A DNA stretch of 64,000 nt from Candidatus Bathyarchaeia archaeon (lineage in GTDB: Archaea; Thermoproteota; Bathyarchaeia; Bathyarchaeales; Bathycorpusculaceae). The notes beneath the pieces were generated by a model. That model saw nothing but the letters and a program-made list of their open reading frames with translations, was not told where the DNA came from and searched no databases. Of this stretch, positions 10,224 to 19,584 are shown in pieces. How positions within the stretch are numbered: position 1 is the first letter of the stretch; every line of letters begins with the position of its first letter. Made by a program: the position numbers and the translations under genes. The stretch is taken from assembly GCA_038728085.1 (NCBI GenBank), contig JAVYUU010000004.1:20674-84673 (forward strand). The letters are read 5' to 3'.

Positions 10224-10844
10224 GTGACGGGCAGCCTCAAAGGTTTATGGCTTATTGTCTTAAGCGGTTATCCCGGCTCCGGCAAAACCGTACTAGCAAA
10301 AAGGCTTGTCGCCGATTACCCTCACTTGGCTCGAATCGGAGTCGACGAGTTGAGGGAAATGTTCTTTAATGAGGCCTATCCCTGCCGCGATGAATATCTG
10401 GTTTATTCCATGATCGCTGAGATGCGGGATGCCCTTCTGAAAAAGGGCTATAGCGTCGTAATAGACTCAACAGCTCCGGACAATGTGACTCGGGAGTTCC
10501 TCTTAACGTCAAAGGTTTCACCCGTCAATAGCTTGCTTGTGATATTCAATGTTGATAGGGAAATTTTGATTGAGAGAAGCCTCGAACGCTTTGGCACCTC
10601 AAGTCCCATAAATGCCTATGATAGACGCTGGGAAAACCCGAAGGGCTGGATGGCCATTTTCAAGTTCAAAAGCAACACGCCGGAGGAGTTTGAAGCCTAC
10701 TATGCCCGGCTAAGGGAGCTTCTTGAAAGCGAAATCCACCCCTTCAAGCCAGAGTTCCAGCCGAAGCTTCTAACATTAAAGGAGATAAGGGCTGCCCTCA
10801 GGGATTTTCTAAAGAAGCGCCAAAAACAGGACGGTTCGCCTTAA
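10224..10844 (+). CDS. P-loop kinase-like ATPase (AAA_33/zeta-toxin-like fold)
   Basis: A Walker A motif (GYPGSGKTVLAKRL) sits near the N-terminus of the 206-aa ORF. Confidence 0.6.
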   Translation: MTGSLKGLWLIVLSGYPGSGKTVLAKRLVADYPHLARIGVDELREMFFNEAYPCRDEYLVYSMIAEMRDALLKKGYSVVIDSTAPDNVTREFLLTSKVSPVNSLLVIFNVDREILIERSLERFGTSSPINAYDRRWENPKGWMAIFKFKSNTPEEFEAYYARLRELLESEIHPFKPEFQPKLLTLKEIRAALRDFLKKRQKQDGSP

Positions 10845-10877
10845 TGTCTCTAAGTTTTTACGCAGATATTGGTTTAA

Positions 10878-11141
10878 TTGTTATGTGCTGGAGGAAAGGT
10901 GTTGGAAGCCTATATTTTGATTAATGCTGAACCAGGCATGATTTGGGAAGTAGCTGAGGCAGCCTTGAAGATTAGTGGAGTCAAGATGGCGCATGCGGTC
11001 ACGGGGCAGTTTGACGTTGTCGTTTATGCTGAGTTTGCAAGGGTTGAAGAGCTTGGAAGGATGATAGAGCAGCTTCAGCAGATTAAGGGTGTGCGTAGAA
11101 CCCAAACCTTGATCGCCGTTCCACCACCCGTCAGAAAATAA
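10878..11141 (+). CDS. stand-alone Lrp/AsnC-type ligand-binding (RAM) domain protein
   Basis: EAYILINAEPGMIWEVAEAALKISGVKMAHAVTGQFDVVVYAEF...IKGVRRTQTLIAV fits the AsnC C-terminal domain pattern. The real start may be internal. Confidence 0.65.
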   Translation: MLCAGGKVLEAYILINAEPGMIWEVAEAALKISGVKMAHAVTGQFDVVVYAEFARVEELGRMIEQLQQIKGVRRTQTLIAVPPPVRK

Positions 11142-11146
11142 CCCTT

Positions 11147-11758
11147 TTAGATTATTCCAAGCCAGCTTCCCAAGGCTTCGCCGAAAAATGCTAAAAGCAT
11201 AAAAACCACAAGCCTAGGTGTAAAACTTAAAATCAGAAAGGTTCGGATCCGCGTCTTCAAAAGCCCGCATATTAGGGCGAGAAACTCCACGGGCAGCACT
11301 GGGATGAGTCCAAACAAGACGTAAATCGCCCAGCCCCATCTATTCCAGATAGCCGTTGCCGCTTCAAGCTCCTCAGCCCCCATTTTCTTCTCTAGGTAGG
11401 GTCTTCCAAGGCGGCAAGCCAAAAAATAGTTTACAGTCATGCCTATTGTAAATCCTATGGTGGCAATTAATGCAAGCAACGCGGGATTAAGTCCAAAAGA
11501 GGCGGCTGCTACCACGAGGGCTGGGCTTCCAAGGGGCACAACGGTTCCAGCCAAAATTGTTGCAAGGAAAACTCCGGCGAAGCCATACTCCCTAACAAGG
11601 TTTTTCGCATTCAAAAACAGCTGGGTCTCTCCAAGATTGAAAACCTTGAAAACGAGGATTAAGACTATGCCAATTATGAGGAAGGCTAGCCCCAACTTTA
11701 AGGAGGATTTAACCCAAGGTATTTCCAGAATGCTTTGCTTTTGGCTGTTGCCGCTCAA
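11147..11758 (-). CDS. DedA/YqaA-family (VTT domain) membrane protein
   Basis: This is a multi-TM ORF with YGFAGVFLATILAGTVVPLGSPALVVAAAS...NYFLACRLGRPYL. It overlaps the cobO stop by 4 nt. Confidence 0.65.
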   Translation of the reverse strand: MSGNSQKQSILEIPWVKSSLKLGLAFLIIGIVLILVFKVFNLGETQLFLNAKNLVREYGFAGVFLATILAGTVVPLGSPALVVAAASFGLNPALLALIATIGFTIGMTVNYFLACRLGRPYLEKKMGAEELEAATAIWNRWGWAIYVLFGLIPVLPVEFLALICGLLKTRIRTFLILSFTPRLVVFMLLAFFGEALGSWLGII

Positions 11759-12285
11759 TAGTCTATTCCCATTCTGGCCGGGTATCCTTTTCTATATGGG
11801 TGTTTAATCTCCCTCATTTCTGTGACGAGGTCAGCTGCCTCTATTATCTCGCTGGGTGCATAGCGTCCAGTCAAGACAAGTTCCACGTGCTCCGGCTTAT
11901 TCTTGATGAGTTCCAAAACTTTCTCTAGGCTTATTAGTTTGAGGCTTAGAGCCACGTTAATCTCGTCCAATATAACCATGTCATATTCACCGCTCTCCAC
12001 AACCTTCTTGGCCAGATTGAAAGCTTCCTCGGCTAGGGCTACATCCACTTCGTCCGGCGGCTTATGGGTCACGAATTGGCCCCTTCCAAAGGCCTTTAAA
12101 GTGAGGTTTGGAAGCTTATCCACAATGTAGAGTTCGCCGTAGTCGAAGCCTCCCTTGATAAACTGAACTATGTAGACCTTTAGGCCCCTCCCTATGGCTC
12201 TTAGGGCAAGCCCGAAGGCGGCTGAAGTTTTTCCCTTCCCGTTTCCGGTGTAAACCTGCACGAGTCCCTTTTCAAGCTTAGGCAT
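11755..12285 (-). CDS. cobO: cob(I)yrinic acid a,c-diamide / cob(I)alamin adenosyltransferase (CobA/CobO/BtuR type)
   Basis: GLVQVYTGNGKGKTSAAFGLALRAIGRGLKVYIVQFIKG...LDEINVAL...LTGRYAP..ADLVTEMREIKHP matches the CobA/BtuR family. Confidence 0.85.
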   Translation of the reverse strand: MPKLEKGLVQVYTGNGKGKTSAAFGLALRAIGRGLKVYIVQFIKGGFDYGELYIVDKLPNLTLKAFGRGQFVTHKPPDEVDVALAEEAFNLAKKVVESGEYDMVILDEINVALSLKLISLEKVLELIKNKPEHVELVLTGRYAPSEIIEAADLVTEMREIKHPYRKGYPARMGIDY

Positions 12286-12291
12286 AGGCAG

Positions 12292-13239
12292 CTACTCCAA
12301 TTCTTCTTGGTTTAGAAGCTTTTCCGCTGCGGTGGCAGGGTCTAATTCTCTGTCAACGATTTTTTGGAGGATTATTTCGAATCGTTTTTCCCTTTTCAAC
12401 TTTTCAATTATTGAGCTTGTCACCTTGTCCCTTATTGCCTCTATCAGTTCGATTTGGGCTTTCTCCCGGCTTTTCTTCCGCCATAACTCTTTCTGGAGAA
12501 ACTGCTTGTGCTCCTCTATTTTGTCTAGGAGTTGGGGGACACCCTCACCTGTAATGGCAACGGTCTTCACTATAGGCGGGTTCCATGCTTTTTCCCGGTC
12601 GTCCAGCTGGAGCACCGCTTGGAGGTCCATGACCGTTTTGTTGGCGTTTTCTCTGTCCGCCTTGTTCACGACGAATATGTCGGCTATCTCCATTAACCCG
12701 GCTTTAATGGCTTGTATTTCATCGCCGAGGCCCGGTGCGTGCACCACAACCACTGTTTGGGCGACTTTAACGATGTCCACTTCGGATTGTCCCGCCCCAA
12801 CGGTCTCCACTATTATGATGTCTTTTCCAGCTGCATCCAAAATTTTCACGGCGTCCTTTGTGGCTTTAGCTATGCCTCCCGGATTATTGCGGGTTGCCAT
12901 GCTCCGTATAAAAACGCCTTCGTCCGTGCTTAGTTCTTGCATGCGGATCCTGTCGCCAAGAAACGCTCCGCCAGTGAAGGGGCTTGTGGGATCTACGGCT
13001 ATAACCCCTACAGTTTTGCCTCTCCGCCTATACTCGCGAACCATCTTCTCTATTAGAGTGCTTTTCCCGGCACCACCTGGCCCCGTCAAACCTATTACAT
13101 GGGCTTTTCCGGTGTGGGGATATATGGTGGCGATGAGCCTTTGCGCCTCTTGCGGGCTGTTCTCCACCATGGATATGGCTTTAGCTATGCTTCTCTTGTC
13201 TCCGGCAAGCACGCCTTTCGCTATTTCGTCAACCTGCAA
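12292..13239 (-). CDS. meaB: methylmalonyl-CoA mutase-associated G-protein chaperone MeaB/ArgK
   Basis: GLTGPGGAGKSTLIEK (P-loop), VIAVDPTSPFTGGAFLGDRIRM, ETVGAGQSE and VVNKADR are MeaB hallmarks. Confidence 0.9.
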   Translation of the reverse strand: MQVDEIAKGVLAGDKRSIAKAISMVENSPQEAQRLIATIYPHTGKAHVIGLTGPGGAGKSTLIEKMVREYRRRGKTVGVIAVDPTSPFTGGAFLGDRIRMQELSTDEGVFIRSMATRNNPGGIAKATKDAVKILDAAGKDIIIVETVGAGQSEVDIVKVAQTVVVVHAPGLGDEIQAIKAGLMEIADIFVVNKADRENANKTVMDLQAVLQLDDREKAWNPPIVKTVAITGEGVPQLLDKIEEHKQFLQKELWRKKSREKAQIELIEAIRDKVTSSIIEKLKREKRFEIILQKIVDRELDPATAAEKLLNQEELE

Positions 13240-13255
13240 GGCTTATACGCTTCTC

Positions 13256-13693
13256 TTAGCGTCTTTTAGGAGCGTTTTCCAACACGTACTTCACAATCCT
13301 GTCCGTGGGAGTTCCCGGCCCGAAAACCTCTTTTATCCCAATCTTTTTCAGTTCTGGAATGTCCTCCTCTGGAATTATGCCGCCCGCAAACACAAGCACA
13401 TCTGTTAAACCTTTCTCCTTGAGGAGCTCCATGATTCTTGGGAAAAGCGCCATGTGGGCGCCTGAAAGGATGCTTAAGCCTATGACGTCCACATCCTCCT
13501 GCAAGGCTGTTTCAACTATTTGTTCGGGAGTCTGCCTAAGCCCCGTGTAGATTACCTCCATTCCAGCGTCGCGAAGAGCCCTCGCCACTATTTTGGCTCC
13601 CCTATCATGGCTGTCCAGCCCCGGCTTGGCTATCAAAACCCTGATTTTTCTTTGGCTTGTGCCTTCGCTTTGCATGCCTTTCCGCCTCACCAA
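13256..13693 (-). CDS. methylmalonyl-CoA mutase, B12-binding small subunit
   Basis: It carries the DxHxxG cobalamin-binding motif ([13 protein letters not shown]) plus SILSGAH...GGIIP. Confidence 0.9.
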   Translation of the reverse strand: MVRRKGMQSEGTSQRKIRVLIAKPGLDSHDRGAKIVARALRDAGMEVIYTGLRQTPEQIVETALQEDVDVIGLSILSGAHMALFPRIMELLKEKGLTDVLVFAGGIIPEEDIPELKKIGIKEVFGPGTPTDRIVKYVLENAPKRR

Positions 13694-13703
13694 CTTTTAG
13701 ATT

Positions 13704-15386
13704 CTAGATTATTATTAGCTCTTTGTATTCTCCGTAAACTTTTCGCAGCACATCCATTATTTCGCCAAGGGTGGCGTAAGCCTTAACCGCCTCGATGATT
13801 GTTGGCATGAGGTTTTCATCCTTAGCTGCTGCATAATGCAGCTTTTCAAGAACTTCCCTAACTTTTCTATTGTCTCTCTCCCTTCGGAGCTTCTGCAGTC
13901 GCTCAATCTGCTTTTTCTCAACGCTTGGGTCAACCCTCAAAAGCTTCACTGGACACTTCTCGCCTTCAACGGTATACTCGTTTACGCCGACCACTATGCG
14001 TTTTTTCTCTTCTATCTCCCTCTGATATCGATAGGCGGCTTCGGCTATTTCCCTCTGGAAGAAACCCTTTTCTATGGCGGCTATGGCTCCGCCCATGTCA
14101 TCCACTTTTTCAATGTATTCCATGACTTTTTCCTCCATCTCGTTTGTCAAAGCCTCCACGTAGTAGGAGCCCGCCAAAGGATCAACGGTATTTGCCACGC
14201 CGCTTTCATAGGCGATTATCTGCTGGGTTCTAAGCGCCACACGCACAGATTCCTCTGTCGGCAAGCATAAAGCCTCATCGAAAGAGTTCGTGTGCAGGGA
14301 TTGAGTTCCACCTAGCACAGCGGCTAAAGCCTGAATGGTTGTGCGGACAATGTTGTTTAGGGGTTGCTGCGCCGTCAAGGTGCAGCCTGAAGTCTGCACG
14401 TGCATACGCATCCACATGGAGCGCGGGTTCTTGGCGTGGAACCGCTCCTTCATTATCCTAGCCCATAAGCGTCTAGCCGCTCTAAATTTGGCTATTTCCT
14501 CGAAGAAGTCGTTGTGGGAGGCGAAAAAGAATGACAGGCGTGGTGCAAAATCGTCCACCTTTAAACCCCGTTTAAGAGTCTCCTCCACATAGGCTATGGC
14601 GTCGCAGAGGGTGAACGCCAACTCTTGGACGGCGGTGGCGCCTGCCTCGCGGATGTGATAGCCGCTTATGCTGATGGGATTCCATTTGGGCAAGTGTCTA
14701 GCACAAAACTCAATTATGTCCACCGAAAGCTTCAGGGATGGCTTAGGCGGGAAGATGCAGAGCTTTTGAGCGAAAAACTCCTTCAAATTGTCATTCTGGG
14801 TTGTGCCGCCAAGCTTTTCCCTAGGGACGCCTTGCTTGTCGCCCACGGCAATATACATGGCTAGCAAAACAATTGCCGGACCATTAATCGTCATGGAAGT
14901 CGTAACCTTATCCAAGGGTATGCCGTCAAAGAGGATTTCCATGTCCTGCAGCGAGGACACGGCTACACCGCAGACACCGACTTCGCCCCGAGCCATGGGA
15001 TGGTCAGAATCATAGCCCATGATTGTTGGGTAGTCGAAAGCCGTACTTAATCCGGTTTCACCCTCACTCAACAAATATTTGAACCGTCTATTGGTATCTT
15101 CAGCGGTGCCGTACCCCGCGAACATGCGCATCGTCCACAGTCTCCCGCGGTACATGGTGGCGTGTAAACCCCGTGTGAACGGGTATTCGCCTGGAAATCC
15201 AAGATCCCGCATGTAGTCCAAGTCCTTAATGTCTTCGGGCGTGTACAATCCCTTAATCGTCATGCCTGAATGATTCTTGAACTCTTTCTGGCGTTCGGGG
15301 CACTGCATGATCCAGTTTGGCAGCGTGGATTTTTCCCAGCGTTCCCTTTCCCTCGCTATTTCCTCAATTTTCTGTTTGTCAAACAT
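13704..15386 (-). CDS. methylmalonyl-CoA mutase, catalytic large subunit
   Basis: The 560-aa ORF contains [36 protein letters not shown] and [36 protein letters not shown]. Confidence 0.9.
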   Translation of the reverse strand: MFDKQKIEEIARERERWEKSTLPNWIMQCPERQKEFKNHSGMTIKGLYTPEDIKDLDYMRDLGFPGEYPFTRGLHATMYRGRLWTMRMFAGYGTAEDTNRRFKYLLSEGETGLSTAFDYPTIMGYDSDHPMARGEVGVCGVAVSSLQDMEILFDGIPLDKVTTSMTINGPAIVLLAMYIAVGDKQGVPREKLGGTTQNDNLKEFFAQKLCIFPPKPSLKLSVDIIEFCARHLPKWNPISISGYHIREAGATAVQELAFTLCDAIAYVEETLKRGLKVDDFAPRLSFFFASHNDFFEEIAKFRAARRLWARIMKERFHAKNPRSMWMRMHVQTSGCTLTAQQPLNNIVRTTIQALAAVLGGTQSLHTNSFDEALCLPTEESVRVALRTQQIIAYESGVANTVDPLAGSYYVEALTNEMEEKVMEYIEKVDDMGGAIAAIEKGFFQREIAEAAYRYQREIEEKKRIVVGVNEYTVEGEKCPVKLLRVDPSVEKKQIERLQKLRRERDNRKVREVLEKLHYAAAKDENLMPTIIEAVKAYATLGEIMDVLRKVYGEYKELIII

Positions 15387-15490
15387 TTTGTGTTAACCCT
15401 CGCGTATAATCCGTTTTGACTAAACTATTGGCGTTAAGCCTAAAAAGTTATTTCCCAAAAAGCCATCAGTCCATCAAGAAGGTGCCGTAA

Positions 15491-16669
15491 GTGGATACGG
15501 AAAACTTAGGCTTCTCAACAAAAGCGGTGCGCGGCGGGGAAAAACCAGACGCGCTGGGAGCCGTCTCCGCACCCATCTATGAAACCTCGGTTTTCGCCTT
15601 CATGAGCACTAAGAGGCTTATTGACGTTATAAGTGAAAGGGCAGAGGGCTACATATACACAAGGTTTGACAATCCCACCGTCAGAGCCGTTGAAGAGAAG
15701 ATGGCGGTTCTGGAAGACGCCGAAGACGCGGCAGCCTTCTCCTCGGGCATGGCGGCCATAACAACCACGATTCTGACATTAACTTCAAAAGGCGACCATA
15801 TAATAGCCTCCATGGACCTTTACGGTGGAACCCTAACCTTCTTCCAAGAGGTACTCCCAAGATTCGGTGTTGAAGTAAGCCTTGTGGACGCATCAAACCT
15901 AGGCGAAGTGGAGAAAGCCCTACAGAGCAACACAAGGGTCATTTACGTTGAAACTCCCACAAATCCAACGTTAAAGATAGTTGATTTGCGCGGGCTAGCT
16001 GCCATAGCCAGAAAAAGGAGAATCACCACCGTGGTTGATAGCACTCTTGCCTCGCCCTACAACTTACAACCGCTAAATTTTGGCACAGACATCGTTGTCC
16101 ACAGCGCCACCAAATACCTAGGCGGACACAACGATTTAACCGCCGGAATAGTCTGCGGCTCAAAAGAGTTCATTCAAAAACTGAAGAGAACTAGAAAAAT
16201 ATTGGGCGGAACCCTTGACCCAATCGCTGCATGGCTATTGCTACGCGGCCTAAAAACCCTAGCCGTTAGAATGGAAAAGCACAACCAAAACGGCATGCAA
16301 GTAGCCCAATTCCTAGCGGAGCATCCAAAAATCGCCAAAGTCTATTATCCCGGCTTACCAAGCCACCCCCAACATGAACTCGCCAGAAAGCAAATGCGCG
16401 GCTACGGCGGAGTGGTGAGCTTCGAAATAAAAGGCGACTTTGAAAAAACCATGCGGTTTATTGAAAACCTTAAACTTTGCCTTTTAGCCGCCAGCCTCGG
16501 CGGGACGGAAACCTTGGCTACACAACCAGCCACATCATCCCACTACTTCATAACGCCGGAGCAGCGCCAAAAACTAGGCATAACCGACCAGCTTGTACGC
16601 TTGGCTCTCGGCATAGAAGACGCGGAAGACATAATCGCCGACCTAAAACAAGCCCTCGAAAAAATCTAG
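15491..16669 (+). CDS. Cys/Met-metabolism PLP-dependent enzyme (cystathionine gamma-synthase / methionine gamma-lyase family)
   Basis: YTRFDNPTV and HSATKYLGGHNDL (PLP lysine) fit a 392-aa trans-sulfuration family enzyme. The exact specificity cannot be called. Confidence 0.8.
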   Translation: MDTENLGFSTKAVRGGEKPDALGAVSAPIYETSVFAFMSTKRLIDVISERAEGYIYTRFDNPTVRAVEEKMAVLEDAEDAAAFSSGMAAITTTILTLTSKGDHIIASMDLYGGTLTFFQEVLPRFGVEVSLVDASNLGEVEKALQSNTRVIYVETPTNPTLKIVDLRGLAAIARKRRITTVVDSTLASPYNLQPLNFGTDIVVHSATKYLGGHNDLTAGIVCGSKEFIQKLKRTRKILGGTLDPIAAWLLLRGLKTLAVRMEKHNQNGMQVAQFLAEHPKIAKVYYPGLPSHPQHELARKQMRGYGGVVSFEIKGDFEKTMRFIENLKLCLLAASLGGTETLATQPATSSHYFITPEQRQKLGITDQLVRLALGIEDAEDIIADLKQALEKI

Positions 16670-16952
16670 AGGGGCTACTATTCTACACAGCCTAATTGAC
16701 ATTGAAGCCCAAGCTTGCACTTTTAACTCTTTAATGACTTTTCGTTTCAATACGAGTAATCTATGCGCTTCTGTTGCTGAAAAACAATATAAAAAGGATT
16801 TTTCTACATTTATGTCTCTTTTCGGTTCCAATCTCGCACGGAGATTTGCGTTTTTGGGTTTCACTTCACATAGAATGCTACTAAATTTTGTATATTTCCA
16901 GCTTTGGGCTCGCATTGAATTTTAATTTTTGCTGCACAAATGGTTAAAAGCA

Positions 16953-16968
16953 ACACTACATTTAGTGT
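16953..16968 (+). promoter_or_regulatory. NrdR box 1 (ACACTACATTTAGTGT)
   Basis: This 16-bp palindrome matches the bacterial NrdR-box consensus acaCwAtATaTwGtgt at 14 of 16 positions. It lies 47 nt upstream of the nrdR ATG. Confidence 0.6.
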
Positions 16969-16984
16969 ATGAAAATAGTTTAAA

Positions 16985-17000
16985 ACACTAATGGTAGCAC
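16985..17000 (+). promoter_or_regulatory. NrdR box 2, weaker (ACACTAATGGTAGCAC)
   Basis: The left half-site is perfect and the right half-site is degenerate. The start-to-start distance to box 1 is 32 bp, the typical tandem NrdR-box phasing. An A/T-rich TATA-like stretch lies between the boxes. Confidence 0.4.
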
Positions 17001-17014
17001 GCGATGGAGTCTTT

Positions 17015-17464
17015 ATGAAATGTCCATATTGCGGCTCAGAGAACATCAAAACCCTGGAAACCCGCGATTCGGCAGACAACACCATAAGAAGGCGTAAAGA
17101 ATGCAGCGACTGTGGAAGACGTTTCACCACATACGAGTATATAGAAACCATCGAGTTGATGGTGCGAAAACGCGACGGCAGAATAGAACGCTTCGACCTA
17201 AACAAAATCATAAGGGGCCTGCAGAAGGCATGCGAAAAAAGACCCGTAACCATGGAGCAAATCCGCTCCCTGGCGGAGAAGGTTAGGCAAGAATTAATGC
17301 AACTAGGCAAGGAGGAAGTGTCTTCACAAGAAATCGGCGACCTGGTCATGAAACACTTAAAAAGCCTAGACCGCGTAGCCTATGTGCGCTTCGCCTCAGT
17401 ATACCGCAGATTTGAAGAACCGGAAGACTTCCGTCGCGTGCTCCAAGAGGTGAATAAAACTTGA
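17015..17464 (+). CDS. nrdR: transcriptional repressor NrdR (zinc ribbon + ATP-cone)
   Basis: MKCPYCGSENIKTLETRDSADNTIRRRKECSDCGRRFTTYEYIE is followed by an ATP-cone (VRKRDGRIERFDLNKI). GGAG lies 5 nt upstream of the ATG at 17015. The listed ORF start at 16991 is probably too early. Confidence 0.85.
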   Translation: MKCPYCGSENIKTLETRDSADNTIRRRKECSDCGRRFTTYEYIETIELMVRKRDGRIERFDLNKIIRGLQKACEKRPVTMEQIRSLAEKVRQELMQLGKEEVSSQEIGDLVMKHLKSLDRVAYVRFASVYRRFEEPEDFRRVLQEVNKT

Positions 17465-19584
17465 AATTTGTTAGAAAGCGGGATGGAAGATTAGAACCAT
17501 TTGATCAGGAGCGTATAACAAACGCCATTTGGAAGGCCGCCAAGGCTGTTGGCGGGAAAGACCGTGAACTAGCCAAAAAACTAAGCGATCAAGTGGTCGC
17601 CGAGCTGAAGAAGCGGTTCGGCGAGGACGGAGTCCCTACAGTTGAGGAAATCCAAGATGTTGTAGAAAAAGTTCTTATAGAGAATGGTCATGCACGCACC
17701 GCTAAGGCTTACATTCTCTACCGCAAACAGCATCAGGACATACGGGAGTTGGCAGCCCTCCTAAGCCAAGCAGACCTTGTAGACCAGTATTTGGAGATGG
17801 AGGACTGGCGGGTTAAAGAAAACTCCAACATGAGCTACTCGCTTCAAGGCTTAAACAATTATCTATCATCCACAGTTATCGCCAAGTACTGGATAAGCCG
17901 CATTTACCCACCTAACATAGCAGAAGCCCACTTTTCAGGAGATATGCACATCCACGACTTAGGCGTGCTTGGACCCTACTGCGTGGGCTGGGACATAAAA
18001 GACCTGCTATTAACAGGCTTTGGAGGCGTTCCAGGCAAAATTGAAAGCACACCGGCCAAGCACTTCAGAACAGCCCTAGGCCAAGTAGTAAACTTCTTCT
18101 ACACATTGCAGGGTGAGGCAGCCGGTGCTCAAGCCTTCTCAAACTTTGACACTTACCTTGCGCCTTTCATAAGGTATGACAGCTTAAGCCAAAAAGAGGT
18201 AGAGCAGGCCCTTCAAGAGTTCTTTTTCAATATGAACGTGCCAACCCGTGTTGGCTTCCAAACACCATTCACAAATGTAACCCTAGACTTGAAGGTGCCG
18301 GACTTCATGAAGGATGAACCCGTCATAATTGGCGGGAGAGTCATGGATGCCACTTATGGCGAGATGGAAAAGGAAATGGAGATGTTCAACATTGCCTTTG
18401 CAAAGGTTCTAAGCGAAGGCGACGCTAAAGGAAGAGTTTTCACGTTTCCAATTCCAACATACTGCATAACAAAGGACTTCGACTGGGACTCGCCAGTTTC
18501 CCAGAAAATCTTCGAGGTAGCCGCCAAGTATGGAGCCCCCTATTTCTCAAATTTTGTGAACAGTGACATGAAACCTGAAGACGTCAGAAGCATGTGCTGT
18601 CGCCTAAGAATAGACAACCGGGAACTCCGCAAACGCGGCGGGGGCTTCTTCGGAGCCAACCCATTGACGGGCAGCATAGGCGTCGTAACTATAAACCTTC
18701 CAAGAATCGGCTATCTAGCCAAAGATGAAGACGAATTCTTCGAGCGCCTCGAAAACCTTATGGAACTAGCCAAAGACAGCCTAGAAATAAAACGTAAGGT
18801 CCTAGAACAGTTCACGGAGAAGGGCCTATACCCATACTCGAAGCGGTATCTCCGCGGCGTAAAAGAGGCATTTGGAAAGTACTGGAAAAACCACTTCTCA
18901 ACCATAGGCCTGGTTGGCATGAACGAGGCTGTCCAAAACCTCTTTGGCTATAGCATAGCAACGCCGGAGGGCCTCGAATTTGCAGTGAAAGTGCTGAACT
19001 TTATGCGGAAGAAACTCGCCGACTTTCAGGAGGAAACGGGCAACATTTACAATCTAGAGGCCACGCCTGCCGAGGGTGCAAGCTACCGTCTAGCCCGCAT
19101 AGATAAACGCAAATATCCAGACATAATCGTGGCTAACGAGAAGTACCTGGCTAAGGGCGCTGAACCCTTTTACACGAACTCAACACAGTTGCCCGTGGAC
19201 TGGGACGGCGACCTCTTCGAGGCTTTGGAACACCAGGACAAGCTTCAACCCCTCTACACGGGTGGAACAGTATTCCACATTTATCTCGGAGAACGCTTAT
19301 ACTCGTGGAAGTCGGCAGCGGAGCTCGTCCGCAAGGTAACCTGGAACTTCCGCATACCATACTTCACGTTGACTCCAACATTCAGCGTCTGTCCAACCCA
19401 CGGCTACTTAAGCGGTGAACACAAGCAGTGCCCCAAATGCGGAGCCCGCTGCGAGGTTTATTCGCGGGTTGTGGGTTATCTCCGCCCAGTAGACCAGTGG
19501 AACGATGGGAAACAAGCCGAATTCGCAATACGCAGAACCTTTGAAAAAGCCGTCATCACCCCTCAGGCAGTGGCAGCTCGGTGA
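17461..19584 (+). CDS. nrdD: anaerobic ribonucleoside-triphosphate reductase (class III) with N-terminal ATP-cone
   Basis: It has an ATP-cone (KRDGRLEPFDQERI), a C-terminal Zn site (CPTHG...CPKCG) and a glycyl-radical motif (SRVVGYLRPVDQWNDGKQAEF). The TTG start overlaps the nrdR stop. Confidence 0.9.
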   Translation: MKFVRKRDGRLEPFDQERITNAIWKAAKAVGGKDRELAKKLSDQVVAELKKRFGEDGVPTVEEIQDVVEKVLIENGHARTAKAYILYRKQHQDIRELAALLSQADLVDQYLEMEDWRVKENSNMSYSLQGLNNYLSSTVIAKYWISRIYPPNIAEAHFSGDMHIHDLGVLGPYCVGWDIKDLLLTGFGGVPGKIESTPAKHFRTALGQVVNFFYTLQGEAAGAQAFSNFDTYLAPFIRYDSLSQKEVEQALQEFFFNMNVPTRVGFQTPFTNVTLDLKVPDFMKDEPVIIGGRVMDATYGEMEKEMEMFNIAFAKVLSEGDAKGRVFTFPIPTYCITKDFDWDSPVSQKIFEVAAKYGAPYFSNFVNSDMKPEDVRSMCCRLRIDNRELRKRGGGFFGANPLTGSIGVVTINLPRIGYLAKDEDEFFERLENLMELAKDSLEIKRKVLEQFTEKGLYPYSKRYLRGVKEAFGKYWKNHFSTIGLVGMNEAVQNLFGYSIATPEGLEFAVKVLNFMRKKLADFQEETGNIYNLEATPAEGASYRLARIDKRKYPDIIVANEKYLAKGAEPFYTNSTQLPVDWDGDLFEALEHQDKLQPLYTGGTVFHIYLGERLYSWKSAAELVRKVTWNFRIPYFTLTPTFSVCPTHGYLSGEHKQCPKCGARCEVYSRVVGYLRPVDQWNDGKQAEFAIRRTFEKAVITPQAVAAR

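Noticed and set aside
12332-13408. 358-aa plus-strand ORF, the longest unassigned ORF in the window
   Set aside because: It lies entirely antisense to meaB and the mutase small subunit, both of which have unmistakable motifs. Its translation is low-complexity Ser/Thr/Ala/Leu/Pro with no motifs, so it is a shadow ORF.
16745-16785. CRISPR-repeat-like string GTTTCAATACGAGTAATC...GAAAAAC
   Set aside because: Only one good copy exists. The nearby echoes are too divergent and irregularly spaced, and no cas genes are in the window. It is mentioned only as part of the unexplained spacer.
16861-17349. 162-aa minus-strand ORF across nrdR
   Set aside because: It is antisense to a clear NrdR (zinc ribbon plus ATP-cone) and has no motifs.
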